Positions 48,992-60,000 of a stretch of DNA of 64,000 nucleotides are shown piece after piece. Every line of letters begins with the position of its first letter. Within the stretch, counting starts at the first letter, position 1. The notes under the pieces were generated by a model. The model saw only the letters and a list, made by a program, of their open reading frames with translations. It had not been told where the DNA came from and ran no database searches. Both the position numbers and the translations under genes were made by a program. This stretch comes from Raillietiella orientalis (taxonomy: Eukaryota): assembly GCA_036172245.1 (NCBI GenBank), contig JAYWIR010000035.1, forward strand, positions 558,001 through 622,000, read 5' to 3'.

Positions 48992-51900
48992 TTTATTTAT
49001 GAAAAATCAAGATACACGTCTGTGGCAAGACACTTGAGCCTGCCACGTAACTTATAACCACGAGGAGGAATCTGCCGGGATGTCACTCAGGCCAGTGTGG
49101 TTCGCCTCGGCAGCACAGGGGAAGGGGAGACAAAAAAAATAAAACAAAAAACATACAGTCAAAGAAATGATTCGAGAAGGGATCACTCTACGCTGGAGGG
49201 TGTCCTCTGCATCCTTGTAAGGATACTGGCAAGTTCCTGTTTCAGGACACCCAGATCTTGACGTTTGTCCTTATAAAGAGGACAGCACAATAGATGGCGT
49301 TCCTGTGGTTCTGGCCTCTTCTGACATTTCCCCATGTCTTTGCGGTGCCGCCGCGTGGGCAGCAAAGTGCTGCTAGGGAGGGATGAGGCTGGCGTGAGGG
49401 CATTGCGCAGGAAGAACGCTTTACAACGTCTCTGGCGTTGCCGCCAGGGGTTCCGAGGATCGCGGCAAAGCGTCCCAAAGGGACCGAAGGGCAACACAGT
49501 CCACAAGGAGGTGCGGGAGGGATTCCCGCTGCCCTCACCTGCCACAGTTCGGGTCCACCCCTCCCCCCTGTGTTCAGTGATGCCGGCGGGCTTTGCACGG
49601 GAGGCCTCAGTGCAACAGCATCAACGCCGACTCCAACCACTTTAAGGGGAAGGTGCGGATGTTCACGGGCACCGGAGACCACTGCAGCTTCCTCCCGGAA
49701 TACGCAGTAACACGTTCCAGTGCAAAAGTCCACGAGGTCGAGCACTCTGGGTCGCAGCGTTAGTGAGCTGTCCTGTCGTCTACTCGCCTAATCCTTTCCT
49801 TCTCCCGAAGATTTCCACAGTAACCTCCCATTTAGCCGTAAGGCTGCTGTCCATGGGCTCCCTAAAGGAGGATAGTGCGGCGGCGAGGGAGGTTCTGCTT
49901 GTCCATGCACTCTTTACGGGATCTTCCAGGATCTCCCGGAGAGTGCAGTTGTTGTTGCGCGCTTACAGGAAACGCCGCACCTATTCCACACTTGGCTCCT
50001 GGATGCTCGTCCATGTGCGCACGGTTCCTTGCGACCAGGCACTATGTTCGCAAGGCGGCACGAGATCCATCCGTTTTTTCTCGCCCGCGTGGCCATCTGC
50101 CGCAGTTGCAGTCCGCCGTGGATGAGACTGCATGGACGGCACGCAAGGAAGGACTCGAGTCCCACGCTGTCGCTGGCTTGATGGATGAGAAGACGTGCAG
50201 GTTGGCATCTGGTGGTGCCCAGAATTCTTACATGTCCGAAACTGGAGCTGCAGCTCCATTCGCTCCAGCGTCAGGAGGCCTAGGTCACCTTTCCTGCTCG
50301 GAATACACAAGTCCTTTAGGCGGGCTCGGAGCCTTCCTTTGCCCCAGAGGGCGATCCGGAGGAGGTCCTTCGTCGGCTTTATAATGCTACATAGCGGGGA
50401 CAAACAAAAAGAAGGGGGCAGAGGAGGGGGACCCGTGTTCCACACCGCGGCCCGTTTCGGCAGATAAAACCTGCCTTCGTGGAACGGGCTGAGCGTCTGC
50501 AGTGCTTTCTGAAGACGGCCAGACCAGGCTTCTTCGGAACAGAAGTTCCCCAACGGAACGCCCAAGTATTTTAAGCACTGGCTTGTGGCGATCCTCAGGC
50601 GGATCCTCAGCAAACCAAAAAAGAAAGGAAAATCCTGGAAAAAAAAAAAAAAATCTGAAAGGAAAGCAGCGAAACAGAAGAACCCAAAACCCGGTTTCCA
50701 TGCAGAATGTCGACAGAGCACTGCTCTCCGGCTCCGCAAAGTCGACGAGACGGAAGGCAGTAGGATTCTGCACTGCGTGCCTGCAACGTTCCCTCTGGAG
50801 GAATGGTTTGTTGATGGTTTTCACCTTTTCCGTTGCTCTTGTCATTCGAGAGCTGTCGTGTGGTTCATGCTCCAGATGCGGGGACTTGCTCGATCTCAGA
50901 GAGCGCCGCTTTGCAACAAGCAAAAATTACTGAGCGGGAACGGCATTGGATGCTAGAAGGAGGTTCACTGGAGCAGGACTCGCCATGCCATTGGTGGTTG
51001 TCCTCTTTGAGGCAGAAGCCATTCCTCAAACAGGAAGAGATCTCAGAGCGTCCGGCTGAAGAAAGACCCAATTCCCCCCTCCCCCTTCCTTTGTTTCCTT
51101 TGGAGCGCTTTTTCAGGGCAACTCTCGGGCCGCAGACTGCGGCGGCTCGAAATCGCCCGAGAGACAAAGTTTGCGAAACGCGCGCGCGGGTGGAGCCGAG
51201 CTGCTTCCTGGCAACCCCGCCTCTTGCTGCGGGTGGAAGTTGAACTGAACAGCGGAGAAAAGTTCTCTCAGTCACCGGTAATTCCTGGAGAAGGGAGACA
51301 GATTTCCCGAATCTAATGCGACCTCCTCTCCTCCCTCTGGATGAGGAAGGTAGCCGAGCAGAGTTGGCCCCTTCCACAGTTGAGTCGCCGATTGCTGCTC
51401 CAGGGCAGTGGAACTGCCGGGATGGCTTCACTTCGTCTTGAGGTACGCAGGCCCGTGAGACAACCAGCTTCTTCACCCACCTATAACCGCTTTAGAAGAG
51501 CTAAGACTCCAGTGGCTGTCGATCCCGACAAGGACGCAAATTCGGACCAATCACTCGAATGTTTCCTCGTTTCCGTTTTGCTTCACTTCTTCCTTGGAAG
51601 AGAGGGAAAAAAGGAACAATAGGAAAAATAATTTGCAAAATTGGAGCCAATGAAGGGAGATCGTTGGCCATTTTCGTGCCGCACTTCACGGTGGTGAGAG
51701 ACTTGGAGAACACCTGACCGCCTTTCTCTGATATGTGCCATCGTGCCCAGGAAAAACAGACCCGTCACATGAACACATGCAGCCTCCCTCAGAATCCCAG
51801 AGGAAGAAGGGTAAAGGAGGAAGTCGAATAACGTGGTCACATTCCTCCTTCGGTGGGCGCCACTTGCAATGATGATCCCTCCAGCCTCCGAACTCCGCTT

Positions 51901-52200
51901 TCCATCTTCGTTTTCCCTTGTGCCTAAATATCCGAAAGGAATGAAATGACCACTCTTAAGGGGGAAGAGAGGGAAGCGTCCATAGTCCAGCCAGCATTTC
52001 AATCTCGCGTCATGGAAGGTCCTGTTCTATCGGTCAAATTCCCTCCCGATACCTGGTCCAAATGAAGTGAAGTTTGGGTACCCCATTTCACCTGGCGGTT
52101 CGGCTCAGACTGAACCAACATGCCATCTCCAGCATCCTGTCACAAAGTGACTCTTCATGAGCAGGATCGGAACAGAATGACCATATCCACTTAGCTGCTC
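48992..52200 (-). mobile_element. L1/Tx1-clade relic, same family as 22817-25150
   Basis: LKYLGVPLG and LWGKG...LCIPSRKGDLGLLTL in ORF 49981-50739. C-terminal NHRNAIYCAVLF matches NSRNAIYWAALY of the 23 kb copy. Shared gaagggatca at the stop codon and a similar 3' UTR. AATAAA (minus) at 48992-48997. Confidence 0.85.
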
Positions 52201-52899
52201 TCCCTATCAGGAAAATGGGAATATCTAGTGTTTTCAGCTGGAAGAGCGTATCCGGGATTCTTGTAATGTTCCCCCCCCCTCCCCCAATTTCATGTATTCT
52301 GACCCTTCCGAGATTCGCGTTCTTGCTCCTTGTTTCTATACCAACCGGCAGAAAATTCTCCTCTTGGCACGGTCGCCAGCAAGTGCTCCCGCATGTGGTT
52401 GACCACTATCCTTCTCCAAACATCTCTGCTGCTGACTACAGCATTATCACTTTCTCTGTCACGGCCCTTCTGGCTGTCCACTCTGCCAGCCACATTGACC
52501 AGCTCGCAGCCTCTCTGCTGTGAACTGGAAGGCCCGACTCACATGCCCAAGTGAAGAACAGCGGCAGGTGACGGCGGCTTCACGTTTGTGCAGCCCCAGA
52601 CTCCACCACTGTTGTTACCTCATCCTACCTGGCAACTTTTCCCTCCAGAAAAGACAATGTGTGCATTCCGCGAGAACAATGACGACCATCAAGAGAGCTC
52701 GAAAAACACAAATGGAGGACAATGCCTATAGTCGTTGCGACTCTGTTTTTCCTCCTATTTTCTTCCTACGGGAGAGCAAATACCTCTCTCCTTCTCTCTT
52801 CCCGTGCCACTCTCCTCTCTTCCTCTCTGTGCACTCGCAACAACAGCGCGGGATTCATAAGAGAATTCTGATTATCTTTCTCGTCTAATGATGAGACCA

Positions 52900-55504
52900 C
52901 GAAGCGAATTATCCATCATTCTCCACGGCCCTAACCATGGACCTCAGCGGTCCCTCCTCCGCGCATCCACGGCAGTTCCTGCCAGAGCAGCGGGCGAGCG
53001 CTGACTCTGAAAATTGGAGTCCAGGGAAATGGATTTTTCCCGAAACCGCTTTGCGGTGGGAGGAAGAACAAACACTCAAAGATCCACACCTTGGGACCCG
53101 AAGGGATTTTCTCATCAGCGTTCGGACCAATTACGGGAACTCGTGCGAATCGGCACCACTCCGCATCATTATAAATCATTCATTATCAATTCATTTGCCA
53201 GCTCGAAGAATCGGAGCAGCATCCACCTGCTGTTTCCGAGTCAAATTTCTCGGTTCAACGGGGAAAACGAATGCAGATTGGCCTCTTGATGGCTCGTGGC
53301 AAACGAAGCAGAGAAGGGTGCCGTCGTTCCACGTTCCCAGCCTGGACTCGGAACCGAAGTCTCCGGGACCGAGTCTCCGTTTCGGATCCAGGGACGCTTT
53401 GCGTCTTCGTCACTGGGCCGCGCGCCGCTTGCAGCCAGCCCAGGAGCAAGGAACCAACTGTCGAGGAAGGAGGAAGCTGCTGGGAAAGAGGAAGAGAGAA
53501 GATTTTCTGAAAAGGGAGAACTTGAGGGGGCCTCCCGCGCTTCGACGGAGAGCCGTCGTCCGTGACCGAGCTTGCAAACCTTTCCGAGCGAAAACCTTCC
53601 CTTTCTGAATGCCTGTTCCTCCAGGATTATCCTCCCTTCACGCACCGTGGTCTACAGGAGCAGCAGACCGGCCGACGGAGGACGACATATTGCGAATTCC
53701 GCAACAGCCACCAAACGACTTGCGTGCGTTCCATCTCTGGGAAGGCCTCCAGGGAGTTAGGAAGGTTGCTTAAGCAGCAAATCTGACCCAAACCTTAGAT
53801 GACAACGCTCGTGTCTGGACGGCACTCGGTCCGATGTTCTAGCTGCCAAAGCTGGAAGGGTGCATCACGAGGAATGCGGATTTTGCACGCGAGGCTCGAA
53901 GTCTGCGTAGGTAGCTCGTGCTCGGGATAAAGCGAAGTTTGCCCTGCGGAGGGGAAGCGCAGGGACTTCCCAAAAATTCCAGAGGACGGAAGAACCGTGC
54001 TCTCTTCTGCCTTTCCGGCAGTCCGGATTCATGGGGAGACTCGCTAAGAGTGTCCCTCCGGAAAGAAATGCAGGGGTCCGTCAGCGCTCTGAGGATCAAA
54101 GCCAGCGAAGATCGAAACTGCCAGTGCGCCAACGACCGCCGACGGGAGCACAAGGGACCGAAGGATACCAACGAATTCGACTTCCAGGTGAAGTCGGGCT
54201 TGCAGTTCTGACGTCACCAAGATCCCCAGTAAGTTCGCTTGGAGTGAGGGAGAGTGATGAGGACTGGAGCCGCCACCGCCCGCGGTAAATGCGGAGGACG
54301 GATTCGCGGAGGGTGAAGTCCTTTCCTTCCGCTCTCTTTGAATAGACGAGGTCCTTCGGATCGGCTGCGGAGCCACATCTCTCACTGAGAGACGGGTCAG
54401 GGATCTGCATCTTCTTGGCGCGTGCAAAAGCGCGCTCCTCTGGGCTGCATCACGCGGAAGTCAAACGCGAGCAGTAGACGGAATCCCTCCAGCCCAGAGC
54501 GCGCGCTGCTCGTCGATCGCATATCTCTCAGATTAGTAGCTACCACCATCATCCGTAGGCCACTACTTTGGGCTGACTGTGAGTGAGGAAGACCACTGGA
54601 TCTCGAGTCGAGGAAATCCCTCTTCGTTGTCCCCTCTTATTATTGCATCGAGGGAAAGAGTCCCCCGGAATTTCGGGAAGTGGGATTCCAGGAAACGACT
54701 GATTGTTGGGAGGACTACGGAAGTACGAGACCGGACTGAATGCTCCCACCTCTTTTCCCATCCATTTCCTCCTTCCTCCCCTCCCCCTTCATCTCCCCAC
54801 TACGAGCACTCGCGAGCCAGCAGGTTCGAACTGGATATCGGCCCCTCCCACGCAGAACAGCTCCGAAAAGAGACCGGAATCCTGCAAACCGGAACCAAGG
54901 CACTTGTTGGGATAGATTCCGGAGAAAGCGTTCCCGACCCCAGGCGGGGTGGGGTCGGGAACCCAAGGCAGCCTTCCCACGTGACTCGCGTGTTCGTTCC
55001 AAGTTTCCTCCGGTCCCAAGCGTCGGCCATTGGGCCTTTCGTCGCAGATGCAACAGCGACGGGTGGATGTTGGTCGAAGCAGCCACTCAGTTCTCCCCGA
55101 CTCCCTCTTTCTATCCTGGATTCAGCCCTCCTCGGCGTTTCGTGTCACGGCGAGCACGCCTGCCTTTCCAGCATCGCGTCGCGACACGTCGCAGCCAGAA
55201 ATTCCCGGTTCAGCTTCCGGCAGCTCAGCAGAATTCCGTTACGTTGAGCTTCTTGTCGCGCTTTTTCGTGTTTTCAGGCACGCCGCCCCAGTGCTGGGAG
55301 ACCATCCTGCTTTCCGCATACCGCCAGCAAAGCAAAGCGCCTCTACTTCGAGAAGCGAGGACGACCGACTGCTGCCATTCACTGTGCGTGGAACGCCGCC
55401 CCTTCCTCCTGCAAGACCATAACTTCGAGTGGATCGCCCGGGAGGGAAAGCTCATGGAAGCGAGCACCAGGGAGGCAGTGGTCTCGCATGCTTTCAAGAT
55501 CTAA
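52900..55504 (+). mobile_element. L1/Tx1-clade ORF2 relic
   Basis: Ordered remnants: WSPGKWIFPETAL (~GPGYWKFN.SLL), KQRRVPSFH, VNAEDG (~YADD, ~54290), RDLHLLGA (~IKILGV, ~54400). Confidence 0.5.
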
Positions 55505-56759
55505 ATGCCTTCACATGGGAGTAGGAGAGGGGACAGAAAGGATGGAGGAGTTTTTCACCACGTTGTCAGCCTGGATGTTTCCCCAACACCTCCTTAACGA
55601 AGCAGCACTTTCGAGGTTCAACGAGAGGTGATCGACCTCGAGGGATGGGTCGTCTCATTCCTCCTGGAAGCACCGGACAGCAGATCCCACTTCCATTTTT
55701 TTTTTTTTTTTGACGCGCGCCTCCTGACTCTTCGGAATCCTTGACTCTCTCGTCGTCGCTCCGTCGTCCACCAGAGAAGACCTACGTCTACGAAAGTCCT
55801 TTGCTGTTGCGGTGGCCATCACCTTGGAGGGAGTTGGGAGCCATCCAGAGCGATGGATACTTCCTTTCTTCTCTCTGCCTCGCTTCCCCTGCGATGGCCT
55901 TCCACCCGCCTCGCGCCGCCTAGAACCAGGTCTGAGTCCTTCGCCAGGAGAGTTGATTGGAGACCATCAGCTTCCAGTGTTTCAGGGCAGCTCCCTTGAC
56001 CCGCCTTTTTGTTATGACGAATCGACGATGTTGCTGATGCAGGCGGCTGAGGATGGCCTCCTCTCACCACGTGCCTCCTGCGCATGTGCAGTCAGAGCCA
56101 TCCTTGGTAGGCAGAGAGCACTTTTCTTTGGGTCACGCACGAACTAACCGGTGGGCCGTGAATCCGAGGTCTCCTCCATCGGGCGGGAAGGTTGTCCCGG
56201 CACGCGGTGCCTCCCCACGTAGAGAACGATCTTCCTTCGATCCGGGCGCTGTGCGACGAAAGACGTCGGCGCTGCCTTTCTTGGAACCGTCCTTTGGCCG
56301 AAAAATCTCGAGGACGGTGGAGGCACCCAACGGAAGCAGGAAAGTGAGACGCATCCCAGAGAGAGGGAGAGGTCGCCCAGGAATGAAGGCGCGCGCGCTG
56401 ACGCGCCGCTCCCCAGGGATCGCAACAACCAGTTTCACAGCTTGACGCGGAAGGGTTGCAAGAATCATGAGCCGCGCATGCGGGGCATGAGCGAGGGAAG
56501 GGTCGCTCCTCTCAGCGAAACTGGAGCGCTGACCCATTTTTCCTGAGACCTCAAGGACGGATCAGGCGGAGCCACGGAGCTCCAATAGGGCCCCTTTTAA
56601 CAGACCAGGGGGAGTTCTTCGGTGATGTCCGCAGCGCAAGGAATAGAAAGGCCAAAAGCCTCGCTGGCCAGGCTGGCGCGTCTGGAGATGGACCGGGGCA
56701 TGCTGAGTAACGGGATGGGGTTCATCTGGGTCAGACTCTGATCCAGTGACGTAGATACC

Positions 56760-57000
56760 ACGTCTGAAGTAGGAAGGGTCCGGAGGACAGGCGCGGCCCC
56801 GGGAAGCATCTCTCGTGCTCCTCCTCCCTGAGATGCGTCTCCTCCTAGTCCTCTCCTTTCATCCCTCCCTCCTCCCCCCTCCCTTCTCACACGCTCGGTT
56901 TCCGGGGCGCGGCGGCGACGCCACGCGGTTCTGGAGAGGGCCACTAGTTCCCGGGTTGTCTCACCTTACTACTCCCTCCCTCTCCGAAGCGGTTTACGTG
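56760..57000 (+). repeat. Unclassified dispersed repeat, copy A
   Basis: Shares gggaagcatctcKcgtgctcctc, gtcctctcctttc, cacgctcggtt and ctccctctcc..ag.ggtt colinearly with 61240-61470. Confidence 0.7.
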
Positions 57001-57099
57001 GAGAAACTCGGGAGGAGGGGGAGGGGAATTTCCCTCATCTCTCGTGGTTTACTCTGTCTGTCCCGGTTCCTCGTTGCCAGCGTAGAGTTGGACCGAGGT

Positions 57100-60000
57100 C
57101 AATTATAGGTAGTGTTCCTTGTTGAGGTCCTTCATGGAGGGAAGAGTGCAATTCCGCACCCCCTTCGGCGCTCCGTCTTCCGGCACGTGGGGTTGCGCCC
57201 GCTTGCCTGTTGCAACGAGGCGAGTGACGCCTCCATTACTAGTTCGTAGGGGAGCCTCAGCTCCTGGTCCACAATGGCACGTCGGATGCTGGACGACGGC
57301 AACATCCACATCCTGGGGTTCAGTTCCCGGATGTTCCCCCTGCTCGCCATCTGCGAGTCGCCTCAGCCGCGTCTCCGAGGCCGTCTTTCCGGAGGTTCAC
57401 CCGGCGCTCGTTAACGGGATGGCGCCCCAGCTTCCAGCTCCGTAGTCCGGTGTTCGGATTCGGAATCCTCGAGAGCGCTCCCATATCGGCGAGACAGTTG
57501 GGTCGTTTATTGAAGCTGCCCCCCTCGGGCGGGCGCTTTCTCGGTTAGGACCTCCGCCTCTCTTCCTCACTGGCAGGCGCTCCACGTGGCCTGCGGGCAT
57601 CGCTGTGGCGGTGCAGCGTGAGCCGATCGAGTCCGGGCTGTACAACCGCAGTTCCCTGGGAAGAAAATTTGGTGTCGGTGGAACCATTGGCTCGAGAGGG
57701 TGAGGTGGTGACCCTCGAACGTGCTCCCGGAAGCTCGGAGATCCCTGGGGCGGACACCGCCTCGCAGGAAGTCTTTTCTCCCAACTTCTCTTGGCAGCGA
57801 CGTCGGACAAAAGGCGCCTCCATCCGTCTCGTCGGGAGTTCCGTCCTTGCCTGTCGTCGCAGGGAGCGGCTGTTCCCTCGGGGGCCCCGCTCCAGAGGGA
57901 TGCGCGCGTTCACGCCGCCGCGGAGTCGATGGCGCCTCTCGTGCCCGCTCCGTCTCTGGAGGTTTACTAGCAGAGCTAAAACGGACCGGGAAGCCAGTGA
58001 CCTTGACGGCGCGCCGGGTCGCCGGACCCTCCCGGCGAGCCCCGGTCGAGGCGACAGCCTCTGCCCAGCTCCCTCGAGGGACCTCCCGCGCCGCCCATTT
58101 CTCCTGGTGGGCCGGCAGCCCGAGATGGGGGACAGAGGAGGGGGGCGAGCGAACCTCTCCAGCACCTGAGCTTGGCGTCTGATCTTCGGTCCCGCTACCA
58201 GGGAGGGGCCTTCTCGATGGAAACAGGGAGGTCTCTGACAGGAAGTCAGGAAAAACGAAGAGGGAAGACACGTCCCTGCAGTCCTCTCAGCAGCTGAACC
58301 GCTGCGACATCCGGCCCATGGGCGACCCCCTGCCCCAGCAAGGGAGGGTCCCCACGATCTGCGACGCAGCAGACCCCAGGCCGCCACGGGAAGGAGACTC
58401 GGCACAGACGACCCTATATTGAGAGGAAGGGCTCTTATGGGTCGCTGATCTTCGCCTCCCACCGGTAGATACCAGGAGCTTCTCCGCGCAGGTGCTCTCT
58501 CGGAGGCGCACGGTGGACCCCCGCGGGGTAGCCTCCGGAGCCATTTCGGTCTTCTCGCAACCCGAAAAGTGGGTCTCCCGGAGAGGCCCCGGAAGCGACG
58601 ACTCCATGCTCCCCAGCACCCTTCGTTTGAGATCGCGGGGTGACTTCCCGGTGAGCTGCAGGGGAGGTGCACTATTACCTGTTACCCCTCAGGGGAGGAG
58701 TCCCCCGGCCCGCGCCAGGGCGCGGACAGCAGCCCCGGCGAGGAGCAGCGAGGTGGCATCGAGGGAGCATCGATCCGCGTGGGAATGGCGGCGGCGGGGA
58801 GAGCTCTTCTCCCCTCCCCCTCCCCCCTTCCTGGAAGCATGACTCCCACTGGACACGCGCCCCGCTCGGGCGGAGGGGAGCGCGGCCCCGCGATTGAATT
58901 TCGGGACTCGTGCGCGCGATCCTCCCTGAGCTCCAGGGCGCGGCGGAGGCGCTCGCGGGAGAGGAGGAGGGGAGGGGAGCGCTCTTTGCCGCCATTCCCG
59001 TGCCGCCGCTAGCGCTCCCACCGGGACGGGGCGGGAACTCTTCCGGGGTGCGCGGAAGCTGCGTGGAAGGAGGCGAAAGAAGGGAGAAGGATCGATCCCG
59101 CATCGCAGCTTTCCGCGGCCGGGGGCGCAGGAGTGTTCCGAGGAAGGAACCTCTCGAGAACCTCGGAGAAGTTGTGAGCGCGGTGCGCCGCAGCTTCCAG
59201 CCGCGTTCTCGGCCCCGCGAGATCCGAGAGGTCAGCGGTGGACGGTTTCCCCTTCCCCTCCTCCTCCCACCCCTATCCCCACACGCCCCGGTTCTTCCCC
59301 TGCTTGCAGGGCAGGCGCCCATTTCCGAGGAGACGCTCATCCGGCAAGACCATCCGGCGAGCGGGGGGAGCGACTGCCGGCGGGCGTGCTCCTAGAGGCT
59401 CCCGAGGACGGCTGGACCAGGGGAGCATCTCCTTCCGGGATCCTGCAAGGGAGGATCTTCTTCAGGTCGTCCTTTCGGGAGGGAGTCGAGCCCTGGACGG
59501 CTGGCGGGTCCACTCCCACCTGTGGGGAGGTCGCGCAGCGGTGCGCCAGCCCTCCGGGGCGCGCTCGCTAGCGGAGGCCCCAATCCCTCTTCCGAGACAC
59601 CCGCAGGGCTCGCGTCATCAGTGCCTGAGCGGTCCGCCCGCCTGACTCTCCTTTCGCCCCTCCTTCCGAGTTAGCTCAGGGTCATCACTGCACCTGGTGT
59701 CGGGGCACCGTGGACGCGCCCCCGCAGTCCTGTCTCGCGTGGTCCTCGGGAGCTCCAGGCGCTTTCCACGGCCCCGCTTCCAGGAGAGTCCTGGGCGGAC
59801 CCACGGGCAGGCAGATATCGCGAGGACCGGACATGAGGGGGCGACAGTCTGGGAAGGCAAGGCTCTTCCTCCAGAGAGCCTTCCCGGCTCCCCTACGAGT
59901 GCCTAGAGAGGCCAGTGGGCATCGCCGACTGGGCGTGGCGAAGAGCAGCTGTCGCCTCACCGGTCCGGAGATGAGGATGCTGGGAGCAGGATCTCCGCGC

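Noticed and set aside
55696..55711. T16 run as the poly(A) tail of a minus-strand retrocopy
   Set aside because: No adjacent polyadenylation signal, TSD or recognisable coding sequence.
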